A model generated the notes under the pieces. It was not told the origin of the DNA, made no database searches, and saw only the letters and a list, made by a program, of their open reading frames with translations. Below are positions 1 to 8,982 of a stretch of 64,000 nucleotides of DNA, piece after piece. The position numbers and the translations under genes are program-made. Source of the DNA: a virus (Duplodnaviria > Heunggongvirae > Uroviricota > Caudoviricetes); the IMG/VR virus record IMGVR_UViG_3300035492_000080, positions 1-64,000 of that record. One strand, given 5' to 3'. The stretch's first letter is position 1. Each line of letters opens with the position of its first letter.

Positions 1-168
1 AGCGCTGGGTTTTTATTGAACGTATTGACAGGGATTGGTTGAATAGTGGTGCGGCTTCTATGGAAGCGTGGATGGCCTCTGCTGATAAAGAAACACAGAA
101 AGATATGTCTTCTATGAGCCGATATGTTGTAACTTATAAGAAAGGGTCGGAGGAAATGGATGAGTAAG
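1..168 (+). CDS. partial CDS (3' end of an upstream gene, unknown function)
   Basis: Frame 3 is open from the window edge to TAA at 166-168 and overlaps the nrdA start by 8 nt; no recognisable motif. Confidence 0.3.
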
Positions 169-2007
169 GAAGTAAGAGAATATCTTGGAATTGTAATCGA
201 TTACTCGAAGGATAAGGAGATTCCAGAGCAGGGGATCGCCATGCTCACTGGTAAAGGGTTTTATAAGAAAGAGTGGGAAGAGTCTCCACAAGAGACATTT
301 GCTCGTGGAGCCACTTGTTACTCCTTTGGTGACTATGAATTTGCTCAGCGCATCTACAACTATGCAAGTAATCAGTGGTTTGCTTTTGCTTCCCCTGTTC
401 AAAGTAATGCTGTAGAGGTCAATTGGCCTTCTTTCCGTGAAGATCAGTTCGAAGAGGCTGCTGAGTGGCTTGAAGAGAATGTTGACCCTGAAGGGATGCC
501 GATTAGTTGTTTCCTGTCGATGATCCATGATAGTAAACAAGGTCTTCTGACGGCCTCTGATGAGGCTAAACAGCTTTCTATGATGGGAGGTGGTGTTGGG
601 GTATGGGCTGCAAATAGAAGCCCTGATGAGAAGAGTACAGGCGTTATGGCACATGCTCGTGACTATGATGCAATGACTCTTGCTTACCGACAGACAGCAA
701 CCCGTCGTGGATCGATGGCGATGTATATGGATATTGACCATCCAGAAATTATGTCTTTCTTGCAAATGCGTAATCCGATTGGTGGCGATAGCAATAAGAA
801 GTGCTTCAACCTAAATCATGGCATTAATATCACTGATAAATTCATGATTGCTATGATTAATGGTGAAGAGTATGAGCTTATTGACCCCAAGCATGGCCCA
901 ACTGGACGTATGGTGAAAGCTCGTGAAGTTTGGGAAGAGATTCTTGAACTCCGCAAAGAAACAGGTGAGCCGTACCTGCTATTCAAAGACACTGTAAACC
1001 GGAATATTCCTTCGTGGATTACCAAGCCAACTTATCGTGTAAATCAGAGCAACCTCTGTTCTGAGATTACGTTGATGACAAGCTTGAAGCGTACAGCTGT
1101 TTGTTGCCTGAGCAGTCTAAACCTTGAGAAGTATGATGAGTGGAAAGATACAAATATCGTTGCAGATTTGATCCGTCTCCTGGACAACGTGCTTGAGTAT
1201 TTCATTCGTCTTGCCCCAAGTGAGTTGAAGCGTGCTGTTCACTCTGCTTCAAAAGAGCGTGCCCTTGGACTTGGTACTCTTGGCTGGCATTCCTACCTGC
1301 AAAGTAAGGATATTCCGTTTGAGAGTGGTGGTTTTAACAGTGCTATTCAACAGACTCACAAGGTGTACGGTGATCTTCGAGAAAAGGCAATTGCTGAGAG
1401 CAAGCGCTTGGCTGTATTGCGTGGTGAAGCTCCAGATTGCATGGGAAGTGGTATGCGGAACAGTCACCTGTTTGCTATTGCTCCTAATGCCTCTTCGAGC
1501 AGTATTGTTGGTGCATCTCCAAGCATTGAGCCTTGGGCTGGTAATTGTTTCAACGCAGAAGGGAGAGCAGGTAGTTTCCTAATTAAGAACAAATATCTTA
1601 AGAAGAAACTTCAAGAACTTGGTAAAGATACAGAAGAGGTGTGGAGCAGCATTACAGTGAATGAGGGGAGTGTTCAACACCTTGATTTCCTAGATGACCA
1701 CACCAAAGCAGTATTTAAGACAGCTTATGAAATCTCCCCAATGTGGGTGATTGAACAGGCTTCTGTACGTCAGGGATATATCTGTCAGAGTCAATCTGTA
1801 AACCTGTCCCTGCCCGCGGATGTTACGGCTCAGGAGCTTTGTGACATTCACGTTATGGCTTGGGCAAAAGGTCTGAAGAGTTTGTATTACTGCCGTGGCA
1901 AATCTGCAACTAAGGCAAATGTTGGCACTGGTAGCGATCGTCCTCTGAATTCTGTCCCGGTGAGAGCCAAGATTGAATATGAAGGTTGTTTGAGTTGTGA
2001 GGGATAA
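160..2007 (+). CDS. nrdA: ribonucleoside-diphosphate reductase alpha subunit (class I, short form without N-terminal ATP-cone)
   Basis: 615 aa; NLCSEI active-site motif, catalytic Cys/Glu region, C-terminal Cys pair (GCLSCEG); followed directly by beta subunit. Confidence 0.9.
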   Translation: MSKEVREYLGIVIDYSKDKEIPEQGIAMLTGKGFYKKEWEESPQETFARGATCYSFGDYEFAQRIYNYASNQWFAFASPVQSNAVEVNWPSFREDQFEEAAEWLEENVDPEGMPISCFLSMIHDSKQGLLTASDEAKQLSMMGGGVGVWAANRSPDEKSTGVMAHARDYDAMTLAYRQTATRRGSMAMYMDIDHPEIMSFLQMRNPIGGDSNKKCFNLNHGINITDKFMIAMINGEEYELIDPKHGPTGRMVKAREVWEEILELRKETGEPYLLFKDTVNRNIPSWITKPTYRVNQSNLCSEITLMTSLKRTAVCCLSSLNLEKYDEWKDTNIVADLIRLLDNVLEYFIRLAPSELKRAVHSASKERALGLGTLGWHSYLQSKDIPFESGGFNSAIQQTHKVYGDLREKAIAESKRLAVLRGEAPDCMGSGMRNSHLFAIAPNASSSSIVGASPSIEPWAGNCFNAEGRAGSFLIKNKYLKKKLQELGKDTEEVWSSITVNEGSVQHLDFLDDHTKAVFKTAYEISPMWVIEQASVRQGYICQSQSVNLSLPADVTAQELCDIHVMAWAKGLKSLYYCRGKSATKANVGTGSDRPLNSVPVRAKIEYEGCLSCEG

Positions 2008-2016
2008 GGAGAAAGA

Positions 2017-3039
2017 ATGAGTGTATTTAAAGAGAGTGCCGCATATAGGCCTTTCATCTATCCTTGGGCAGTGGAGGCAGCCAAGAAGCACTCCATTGAT
2101 ATGCACTGGCATGAAAATCAGATTGAGCTTCAAGATGATCTTCGTCAGTACAATTCGAAGGATGGTTTGAAGACAAAAAATGTCAGCCATGAAGTACATA
2201 AAAATATCGTTGACAAAGTGATCTGTCTATTCACTGAGATGGATAAGACTGTTGGTGAGGGCTACACGAAAGTGTTGCCCTTTGTCAAGAATAATGAAAT
2301 CCGTAATATGATGCTCACCTTTGCTTCTCGTGAGGTGATTCACCAGCGGAGTTATGCTCTTCTGGCTGAGACATTTGGTTTCAGTGATAGTGACTGGATT
2401 TCTTTTGCTGATTATGCTGAAATGCGTGAGAAGCTGGACACGATGACAGACAGCTACCTCACGGAAGATATGCGTGATGAGATGAAATTCTGTATCAACC
2501 TGTCTCAGATTCTTCTTGGTGAAGGGATTGGATTATTTGCTGCATTCACTGTCTTGCTGAATTTTAAGCGGCAGGGATTGTTTGTAGGCTTCAACGACGT
2601 GAATCAGTGGAGCTTGACAGACGAACAAGAACACGTTGTGAACAACATCCGCACTCTGAAAGAGGCGATGAAAGACCTCACTGAAGTGGAAAGGATTCTA
2701 CTTTATGAGATTATTGAACAACTGATTCAGCGTTATGTCGCCGCTGAACATTGCTTCATTGATCTTGTGTATGAGATGGGTGATCAGGAAGACTTAACCA
2801 AGGCAGATTTGAAAGATTATATCCTCTATCTTGGTGAGCTTCGGAGATTCCAGATTGGCATGATTTCTGCTGGCGAGGTGAGGAAGAACCGTGTGGAGTG
2901 GATGGAGTGGATGCTTTCTGGTGCCCGTCATGGGAATTTCTTTGAGAAGCGCATCACCGACTACAGTCACACAGGGTTGATCGGAGAAATCAACTACAAC
3001 AAATACGCCTCAATTCTTGCAGAAAAGGGCATTCAGTGA
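2017..3039 (+). CDS. nrdB: ribonucleoside-diphosphate reductase beta subunit (class Ia, di-iron/tyrosyl radical)
   Basis: 340 aa; EVIHQRSYALL iron-ligand motif typical of NrdB; GGAGA RBS; adjacent to nrdA. Confidence 0.9.
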   Translation: MSVFKESAAYRPFIYPWAVEAAKKHSIDMHWHENQIELQDDLRQYNSKDGLKTKNVSHEVHKNIVDKVICLFTEMDKTVGEGYTKVLPFVKNNEIRNMMLTFASREVIHQRSYALLAETFGFSDSDWISFADYAEMREKLDTMTDSYLTEDMRDEMKFCINLSQILLGEGIGLFAAFTVLLNFKRQGLFVGFNDVNQWSLTDEQEHVVNNIRTLKEAMKDLTEVERILLYEIIEQLIQRYVAAEHCFIDLVYEMGDQEDLTKADLKDYILYLGELRRFQIGMISAGEVRKNRVEWMEWMLSGARHGNFFEKRITDYSHTGLIGEINYNKYASILAEKGIQ

Positions 3040-3167
3040 TAAGGGAGGTGCTGATGGTTGGCGTTGGAGAAGGTTAAAAATATAGGTTGACAGCACCTTG
3101 AAGCTGATCCACAATAGCCACCATTGCTTAGCCGCTTTGGTGGCTTTTCCGTTTCTGGAGAGAATTT

Positions 3168-3476
3168 ATGAGAATCTATATAGAGGAAGGGGCTAATGTC
3201 CCCTATGTTAAGTGGGTAGGGGATGAAGTATTCCAGACTATAATGAATGTTCTAAATGCTCATGGTGCTGAGCGGGTGATCAATAAGTTGACAGCAAGGC
3301 ACCGCCGAGGCCGAGCGGAGGTAACTTGTTCCCACATATTCTCAAGGAATAATGAGGCTATTCTGAATAGTCTCGAAGCAGCAGGTGCTGAAATCATTTT
3401 TATCTGTGGGATTTTCGAAACACCTGAAGATTTCGCAATGAAAGTATATTTACTAGAGAATGGTCGTAAAGAATGA
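3168..3476 (+). CDS. hypothetical small protein (paralog of 6607..6951)
   Basis: 102 aa; N-term MRIYIEE and C-term LEAAGAEIIFICG resemble MRVFIQDD / LEVIGAEIVFVVC of ORF 6607. Confidence 0.5.
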   Translation: MRIYIEEGANVPYVKWVGDEVFQTIMNVLNAHGAERVINKLTARHRRGRAEVTCSHIFSRNNEAILNSLEAAGAEIIFICGIFETPEDFAMKVYLLENGRKE

Positions 3477-3793
3477 AAATATTTATTGAAAAGAAGATCG
3501 ATGCAGGTGGTAGGTTCATTACAACAGATTCAGAAGAGAGTTTTAATGTCTTATTGAACATTGCGCACTCAACTGGTGCTATGGACGACGAGGCTCTGGA
3601 TGTTGTCTACTTCCGAGATGGATATAAATGCTTGGTAATCATCGATGAGGGTGGAATGTCTAAGCAGTGGTGGGACGCTTTAAGAGTTGCAAGGGTGTCG
3701 GGGTTTAAGATGATTACTGTGGACACACGCCATCGTTCTTTTAAAAGTGCCATTATGAAAATGGGCTATACGTTATTCTCCCATTCACAATGA
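3473..3793 (+). CDS. hypothetical small protein (paralog of 6948..7304)
   Basis: 106 aa; overlapping stop/start with previous gene; SEESFNVLLNIAHSTGA resembles SESYEVFVNVLITLFGKS. Confidence 0.45.
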   Translation: MKIFIEKKIDAGGRFITTDSEESFNVLLNIAHSTGAMDDEALDVVYFRDGYKCLVIIDEGGMSKQWWDALRVARVSGFKMITVDTRHRSFKSAIMKMGYTLFSHSQ

Positions 3794-3797
3794 AGAG

Positions 3798-4043
3798 GTG
3801 AAAATGAAAATCAAGAGCAAATACAAAAAGTTGATGATCTGCCTAATATGTTTCCTTTTGGGAATTGGAAACCTGAAACTGTTTTCAATCATTGCTGGAA
3901 CATTCTCAATATCTTCACTCATTTGTTTAATTGCCGGTATGTCTTTTCTAGGTGCTTCTGTTGCATTCACAATCATCTTCTTTGAAGAAGATTTCAAAAG
4001 GTGGAGCAGTGCCATCTGGGCGTGGGTAAATAGTGATGATTGA
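3798..4043 (+). CDS. small membrane protein (2 predicted TM helices)
   Basis: 81 aa, hydrophobic segments, RBS GAGGTG upstream. Confidence 0.3.
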   Translation: MKMKIKSKYKKLMICLICFLLGIGNLKLFSIIAGTFSISSLICLIAGMSFLGASVAFTIIFFEEDFKRWSSAIWAWVNSDD

Positions 4044-4093
4044 CCTCCAATAAGATTTCATTTAAAATGTCTAGTATTTAAGGAGATAATGCC

Positions 4094-4408
4094 TTGATGA
4101 CGAATAACCAAATTTGCCAACACTTTATCAGAGAGCATTACTATTTCACGAATTGTAATAGGACTCGTGTAAGACTTCATTGGGAAATTTTGATCCCTGA
4201 AAAATGGTTGGTGGTGGAAACCCTTCGAAGAATTATTGACACTACGTTCGGACAAGATATGTTTAATCGGCAGTGGAAGTGGAACAGTCAGGATAAGATG
4301 ATGCACAGTGACCCGCTCACGGAATCAGAGCCACCTTGTGTGTTTAAGAAGCAAGAAGATGCTATCGAGTTTGTGAAAATGTACCTTATTGCTATTGGTA
4401 AATGTTGA
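4094..4408 (+). CDS. hypothetical protein
   Basis: 104 aa ORF with GGAGA RBS; no motif recognised. Confidence 0.3.
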   Translation: MMTNNQICQHFIREHYYFTNCNRTRVRLHWEILIPEKWLVVETLRRIIDTTFGQDMFNRQWKWNSQDKMMHSDPLTESEPPCVFKKQEDAIEFVKMYLIAIGKC

Positions 4409-4734
4409 TGAGATTTATTAAAAAGAAATTTCTGTCGAACAAAGCATTTGACGAAGAAGGGAACATTGTTGTAAGGTGTGAAACACAGAAGAAGCTCCAA
4501 AAGACCTGTGGCAAAGTGGACAGGTGGGCTAGAAATATGAATGCTGAGGTTGTAATCAGGGCTTGTTTTGGTGATCCTGTTAAGTTAGACTTCAGTGTTC
4601 ATTCAGAATCCTCTTTTAAAAAGAGGAAGAAAAAGCTCAAGAAAATGATTGAACTTCTTGAAGAGTTGGGAGAGAATATGGATATCCAGTGGGAAGATTT
4701 GAAACAGCGCATTAAGAAGGAGGAAAATAAGTGA
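4402..4734 (+). CDS. hypothetical Lys-rich protein
   Basis: 110 aa, overlapping start with previous ORF, C-terminal KKRKKKLKK basic patch. Confidence 0.35.
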   Translation: MLMRFIKKKFLSNKAFDEEGNIVVRCETQKKLQKTCGKVDRWARNMNAEVVIRACFGDPVKLDFSVHSESSFKKRKKKLKKMIELLEELGENMDIQWEDLKQRIKKEENK

Positions 4735-4846
4735 TTTATTCACTTGCAATAATCGGAGCAGCTGTTATCATGGTGCTCGTCGGGCTTGGGGCAAACTCTC
4801 TTGCCAACAAGCTCGAAAACAAAAACATTGAAAAGGAGGAAACTAA

Positions 4847-6139
4847 TTGAATAAAGTCCAAAAGATTTGCCTAGCAGCACTGGCGGCAGTTGCTCTAGTA
4901 GCGGCCACTTTCAACAGCATCTTCGTATATAACGAGGCTGGCTATCAAACTCACGTCCGCACCATTTTTGGTGAAGAAAAGGTTGTAACTGATGTAGGCT
5001 ATGCAACTAAGTGGTTTGGTCGTGCAACTCCTTGGAAACAAGCACAAACACTCCAATTCACAATGTCTGACTCGGACACTACTGATGAAGGTGTTGCAGT
5101 ACAGGGTTTCAAAGTGGTGTTCCTCGGCAACGTTGATGCCACTGTAGAAGCTTCTACTCGATTCCGTATGCCGCAAGGTGAACAGTTTTTGCGAATCGCT
5201 CGTGAATACCGAACTCCTGAAAACTTCATGGCAACTGCTGTAGCTCCTGCTGTAAAAGAGACTCTGCAAACTACTGCTTCTCTGATGAGTGCTGATGATT
5301 ACTTTGCAGGCGCTCGTTCTGAGTTTGGTGCTGAATTTGAGAATCAGTTGAAGCAAGGCCAGTATGTCATCAAGCGTAAAGAGGTAGTTCGTAAGAACAT
5401 TCGTGGTCGCAACGAACAGGCTGGGTTGGTGAGTGGTGTTGCCGAAGTCGATGAAATTAGTCAGCGTACTGATTTTGTAACTGAAAAGATGGCGGATGCT
5501 AATGGTAATCCTGTTCGAAAAGCTCAACAGTTTGTTGGCTTGGGTGTAGAAGTGGTTGAGGCCCGTATCACCAACATCCTGCCAAATGATATGTATCGTC
5601 AGCGGATGGTGAAGGTTCAAACTGCTCTGGCTGAACTGGCTGTAGCACGTCAAAACCGACTGAAGGAAGAAGAAGAAAAACTGCTGGTCACTGCTCGTGG
5701 TGAGAAGGAAGTGGAAGCCAAGCGTCAAGAAACTCTGAAAGAGCAGATTGAACAAACCACTAAAGCTCAAACTGCTAAGCAACTGGCTATCATCGACGCA
5801 GAACGTCAGCAAGAGTCTGCTCGGATTGCTAAAAACACTTCTCAAGAACTTCTTGACAAAGCTCGGATTGATGCTCAAGCAACCAAAACTCTGGCCGATG
5901 CAGAAGCCTACGCTAAAGAGGCTGTAATTAAGGCGGATGGTGCTCTTGATAAGAAACTGGAAGCTTTCGTAAAAACTCAGGAAGTTTGGGCCAAGGCTTA
6001 CTCGGTAGCTCCGGTTCCTGTAACTGTAATGGGTGGTAATGGTGAAGCTGGTCGTGGCAATGCCTCCCAAGACTTTATGTCCATCCTTGCAATGAAAGCT
6101 GCAAAAGACCTGCAACTGGATATGACTGTTAAGAAATAA
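4847..6139 (+). CDS. membrane-anchored SPFH/band-7-like protein with long C-terminal coiled coil (putative)
   Basis: 430 aa, TTG start after AAGGAGG RBS, N-terminal signal/TM helix, central region resembling HflK/C-prohibitin core (GVEVVEARITNILP), then a heptad-rich E/K/Q tail. Confidence 0.45.
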   Translation: MNKVQKICLAALAAVALVAATFNSIFVYNEAGYQTHVRTIFGEEKVVTDVGYATKWFGRATPWKQAQTLQFTMSDSDTTDEGVAVQGFKVVFLGNVDATVEASTRFRMPQGEQFLRIAREYRTPENFMATAVAPAVKETLQTTASLMSADDYFAGARSEFGAEFENQLKQGQYVIKRKEVVRKNIRGRNEQAGLVSGVAEVDEISQRTDFVTEKMADANGNPVRKAQQFVGLGVEVVEARITNILPNDMYRQRMVKVQTALAELAVARQNRLKEEEEKLLVTARGEKEVEAKRQETLKEQIEQTTKAQTAKQLAIIDAERQQESARIAKNTSQELLDKARIDAQATKTLADAEAYAKEAVIKADGALDKKLEAFVKTQEVWAKAYSVAPVPVTVMGGNGEAGRGNASQDFMSILAMKAAKDLQLDMTVKK

Positions 6140-6141
6140 GT

Positions 6142-6171
6142 TTGACAAGAGAGTCTGGATTGTAAGATAAT
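6142..6171 (+). promoter_or_regulatory. sigma70-like promoter (TTGACA-17/18-GATAAT) for the 6204..7718 gene set
   Basis: TTGACA at 6142 with AGATAAT about 17-18 nt downstream. Confidence 0.3.
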
Positions 6172-6172
6172 A

Positions 6173-6205
6173 GGGGCATGGCGAAAGCTGTGCCCCTTTT
6201 CTTTT
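6173..6205 (+). terminator. rho-independent terminator
   Basis: GGGGCA-N12-TGCCCC hairpin followed by TTTTCTTTT, right after the 4847..6139 stop. Confidence 0.5.
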
Positions 6206-6605
6206 GTCTGGAGGAAATATGAAAAATAAAGTTGTTATTGCGATACAGGATATGTCAAGTTGGGGAAGTTATATGATGGCCACTGACCTGTCTCCAGTAA
6301 TTAACTATTTCAACGCAATCGGGGTTGTTAAGGATGAGAATTTCTTTGGATTACCGGGTCAAGCGCCTTATGCAGAAATCGTCAGTAGTGTTTCAAGTGA
6401 ACCCCTCTTCCTGTACCCAATAAACTCGGCCATCTATACAGAAGAGGGTATGATGAATTGGGCTTACATCGGAAAAGATGTAAGAGAGGATATGAAACGA
6501 CTATTACAACTTCTTGATTACGAGGTGATTGAGCCAGAATTGTTTATGGCTGGAACGGCAGTTGCTGAAGCTGTCGAGAGAATGAAACCATATTTGGAGG
6601 AATAA
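6204..6605 (+). CDS. hypothetical protein
   Basis: 133 aa, GGAGGAAAT RBS; acidic. Confidence 0.45.
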   Translation: MSGGNMKNKVVIAIQDMSSWGSYMMATDLSPVINYFNAIGVVKDENFFGLPGQAPYAEIVSSVSSEPLFLYPINSAIYTEEGMMNWAYIGKDVREDMKRLLQLLDYEVIEPELFMAGTAVAEAVERMKPYLEE

Positions 6606-6606
6606 G

Positions 6607-6951
6607 ATGAGAGTTTTTATTCAGGATGATGATACATCCAATATCCAATTTGTTGAACTTGGCAGGAACTCTCGTCCAATAATTGAAAACATTGTCTCAA
6701 CACTGTTTGGAGAGAAGTATTCTAAAGAAAGTTATATAGAAAGGGATGAGGTTGCTTGCGAGGTGCCGTGGTCCAGCTGGGCGGGTGGCCGCACGACGCT
6801 GGCTGTGCAGAATGATGCGATGGATTCTCTAATCTCCGCACTTGAGGTTATTGGTGCTGAGATAGTCTTCGTTGTATGTTATGAGGAAAGGGCAGTGAAG
6901 TTTCATGAAAGACTTTATACTATTTATGACTATTCTTGGGAGGATGAATGA
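6607..6951 (+). CDS. hypothetical small protein (paralog of 3168..3476)
   Basis: 114 aa; shared MR[IV][YF]I..D/E N-terminus and xLExxGAEI[IV]F motif. Confidence 0.5.
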   Translation: MRVFIQDDDTSNIQFVELGRNSRPIIENIVSTLFGEKYSKESYIERDEVACEVPWSSWAGGRTTLAVQNDAMDSLISALEVIGAEIVFVVCYEERAVKFHERLYTIYDYSWEDE

Positions 6952-7304
6952 GCGCCACTAAAGAGAAACATCTTCGTATATTGGTTGAAAATGCAAATGT
7001 CTATGAAGCTGTTTGGGTTGCTGCATCAAATAGTGAATCCTATGAAGTGTTTGTGAATGTTCTTATCACACTCTTCGGGAAGAGTAGGATGTGGAGGATG
7101 TATTCAGGCGGTGGACTGTTTATTATAACTGATTCGGAAATGGTGGATATTGTTAAACTTTTGGAGAGTTTTGACGTACAGGTGGTTGAAATTCAACATA
7201 GTGAATTTAGTGGTGGTACATTTGAAACTTCTATTGCTAATGCTGGCGAAAAGTTTTATGATGGGTCAGCATTCATGGGACGTTTTTATGAAATTTCTTG
7301 TTGA
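6948..7304 (+). CDS. hypothetical small protein (paralog of 3473..3793)
   Basis: 118 aa; overlapping start; similarity to ORF 3473. Confidence 0.45.
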   Translation: MSATKEKHLRILVENANVYEAVWVAASNSESYEVFVNVLITLFGKSRMWRMYSGGGLFIITDSEMVDIVKLLESFDVQVVEIQHSEFSGGTFETSIANAGEKFYDGSAFMGRFYEISC

Positions 7305-7337
7305 ATATGATATTAAGTTGAGGAAAGGAAATTATTT

Positions 7338-7718
7338 ATGAAAATCGTTTGCTGCTTAGAAGATGTTGATAAAGCAACCTGGGCCTGCTATTGTGTTTTT
7401 GATGATATTTCAATTTTTCAAAGATACATGTGCTCTAGATTCAGGACTGTAGAATTTGGACCTGATCCTTATGAAACTGGTGACGGAAGTTACAAGATAG
7501 AAGGTTATAGTGGGTATATGGAAGCTTTCGTTTGTCATGATTACTACGGGACAAGTAATTGGATGGTAATTTCTAACGCCCTGATTGATGAACTTTTAGA
7601 AGAAGCAAAGTCTCTTGGATACGAAGTGAAGAAGGTCTACAAGTCTCAGACGGGAATACCTAAAGCTTCCGATGTTGTAACAGTAACAGAATTTTTAAAA
7701 TCACACTATTTAGAATAA
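7338..7718 (+). CDS. hypothetical Cys-containing protein
   Basis: 126 aa; AGGAAAGGAAAT RBS; last gene before strand switch. Confidence 0.45.
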   Translation: MKIVCCLEDVDKATWACYCVFDDISIFQRYMCSRFRTVEFGPDPYETGDGSYKIEGYSGYMEAFVCHDYYGTSNWMVISNALIDELLEEAKSLGYEVKKVYKSQTGIPKASDVVTVTEFLKSHYLE

Positions 7719-7765
7719 AAAAAAAAACCCGCCAAAAGGCGGGTTAAATTCTTATTATTTTTATT
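7716..7765. terminator. bidirectional rho-independent terminator at strand-switch
   Basis: A11-CCCGCC-AAAA-GGCGGG-TTAAATTCTTATTATTTTTATTTTT; a T-tract follows the hairpin on both strands; convergent genes on both sides. Confidence 0.6.
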
Positions 7766-8051
7766 TTTGATTCTTTGAAAGCAATTGAATCTCTTGCTCC
7801 AACAAATCATACCTTCTCTTATTAACGTAGCTGTCACTTTCCACTTTCTTTCTAAGGTCAATGAGTTCGTCCATTATTTTCTCATTCTCCTTTTCAGCCC
7901 TCTCCTGAAATTCCCTTCTTAGAGCCTCATATTCATATTCTCGTGTGGCTGATTTCGTTGCGTAGAGTATGGTTGTCCCTACCGCTACAGCTAACAATAT
8001 AGACAGTAAAGTCATCATCGCCATCAAGAAGTAATTCTGAAACTTTTGCAT
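7761..8051 (-). CDS. membrane-anchored coiled-coil protein (lysis-associated?)
   Basis: 96 aa, N-terminal TM helix then charged helical region; adjacent to lysis cassette. Confidence 0.4.
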   Translation of the reverse strand: MQKFQNYFLMAMMTLLSILLAVAVGTTILYATKSATREYEYEALRREFQERAEKENEKIMDELIDLRKKVESDSYVNKRRYDLLEQEIQLLSKNQK

Positions 8052-8086
8052 GATGGCCCTTACTCTTACCCTGTCTCCTACAGGGA

Positions 8087-8386
8087 TTAATTCTTATACT
8101 TAGCTTGCAATTCAATTTGTTTTAAGATGAGGTCCATTTTATTATTAATGTCACCAATCCTTGTATCAACAAACGAAATGATATCTTGCTTGGTAGTAAG
8201 GAGTTTCTGTTCTGTAACAGAGGTGGCTTGTAATTGATAAACCCTTTCTTCCAAAACCTGCATTCGATTGTGTTGCCACGTTATACCAAGTACAAGGAAT
8301 GGGATAAGGAATTTACCAACAGTGTCCACCATCACCTTCCAACCATCATCTTTCTCCGCTGCCATAAATTTTCTCTTTCTCTTCAA
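8087..8386 (-). CDS. membrane-anchored coiled-coil protein
   Basis: 99 aa, TM helix (FLIPFLVLGITW) then a coiled coil. Confidence 0.4.
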   Translation of the reverse strand: MKRKRKFMAAEKDDGWKVMVDTVGKFLIPFLVLGITWQHNRMQVLEERVYQLQATSVTEQKLLTTKQDIISFVDTRIGDINNKMDLILKQIELQAKYKN

Positions 8387-8651
8387 TCTGCTTTACAGCA
8401 GTGTCTAGTCTATTATTACACTCTGACACATGCTCAGCAGAGGCCACATAAGCCTCTGAGACTGCGTAGAATGCGGTTTCGTAACTATCCCCTAGCTCAC
8501 CTACAGGCTCCATCTTACAATTGCGTAGGAGGGCTTTCTGAGGGCTTACTACTAGGACAGTTTGAGTTGGCGGTGCAAGCGGCTTTGTCGAGAAGCAGCC
8601 TGACAGTACCAAGAGTGACAGCAACGTCGCTGCTATCTTCCCTATCTTCAT
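8346..8651 (-). CDS. outer-membrane spanin-like lipoprotein (Rz1-like), overlapping out of frame with i-spanin gene
   Basis: 101 aa; lipobox LLVLSGC, Pro-rich mature N-terminus; lies in a different frame across the 3' part of 8515..8982. Confidence 0.5.
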   Translation of the reverse strand: MKIGKIAATLLSLLVLSGCFSTKPLAPPTQTVLVVSPQKALLRNCKMEPVGELGDSYETAFYAVSEAYVASAEHVSECNNRLDTAVKQIEEKEKIYGSGER

Positions 8652-8982
8652 TCTTGCTTGCTCCTGTTGGGCAACGTTGTTTGTTGAGTTTGTTTTTCAA
8701 ATCTGCAAACACATCCTCAATAGCTTCTTGTTTTTCTAGAGCTTCAGTTAGGAGGTTGTCTGTAGATTTTTGGTCTAGGATAAATTTCTCTTTCTCAGAA
8801 GAACAAGCTGCAAGCTTCTCGCTAAGAGAGGTGATTTCACCAGAAAGTTTACCTGTCGTCTTGTATTCTTGTTTCAAGAGATACCCTAGTCCAGAGCATG
8901 CGAGCAGGAGAATAAAAGATGTAATGGCTAGGAATTTAGTCATGCTTATTCTCCTTGTCATCTTCATAAAACATTTTCCCAT
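8515..8982 (-). CDS. inner-membrane spanin-like protein (Rz-like)
   Basis: 155 aa; N-terminal TM helix, long coiled coil, immediately downstream of holin/endolysin. Confidence 0.5.
   Translation of the reverse strand: MGKCFMKMTRRISMTKFLAITSFILLLACSGLGYLLKQEYKTTGKLSGEITSLSEKLAACSSEKEKFILDQKSTDNLLTEALEKQEAIEDVFADLKNKLNKQRCPTGASKNEDREDSSDVAVTLGTVRLLLDKAACTANSNCPSSKPSESPPTQL

Noticed and set aside
112-765. 217-aa minus-strand ORF
   Set aside because: Lies entirely antisense to the well-supported nrdA coding region; no RBS or motif; typical shadow ORF
4895-6148. 417-aa minus-strand ORF antisense to the SPFH-like gene
   Set aside because: Low-complexity Ser/Leu/Phe-rich translation produced by reading the coiled-coil gene backwards; plus-strand gene has RBS, terminator and domain signal
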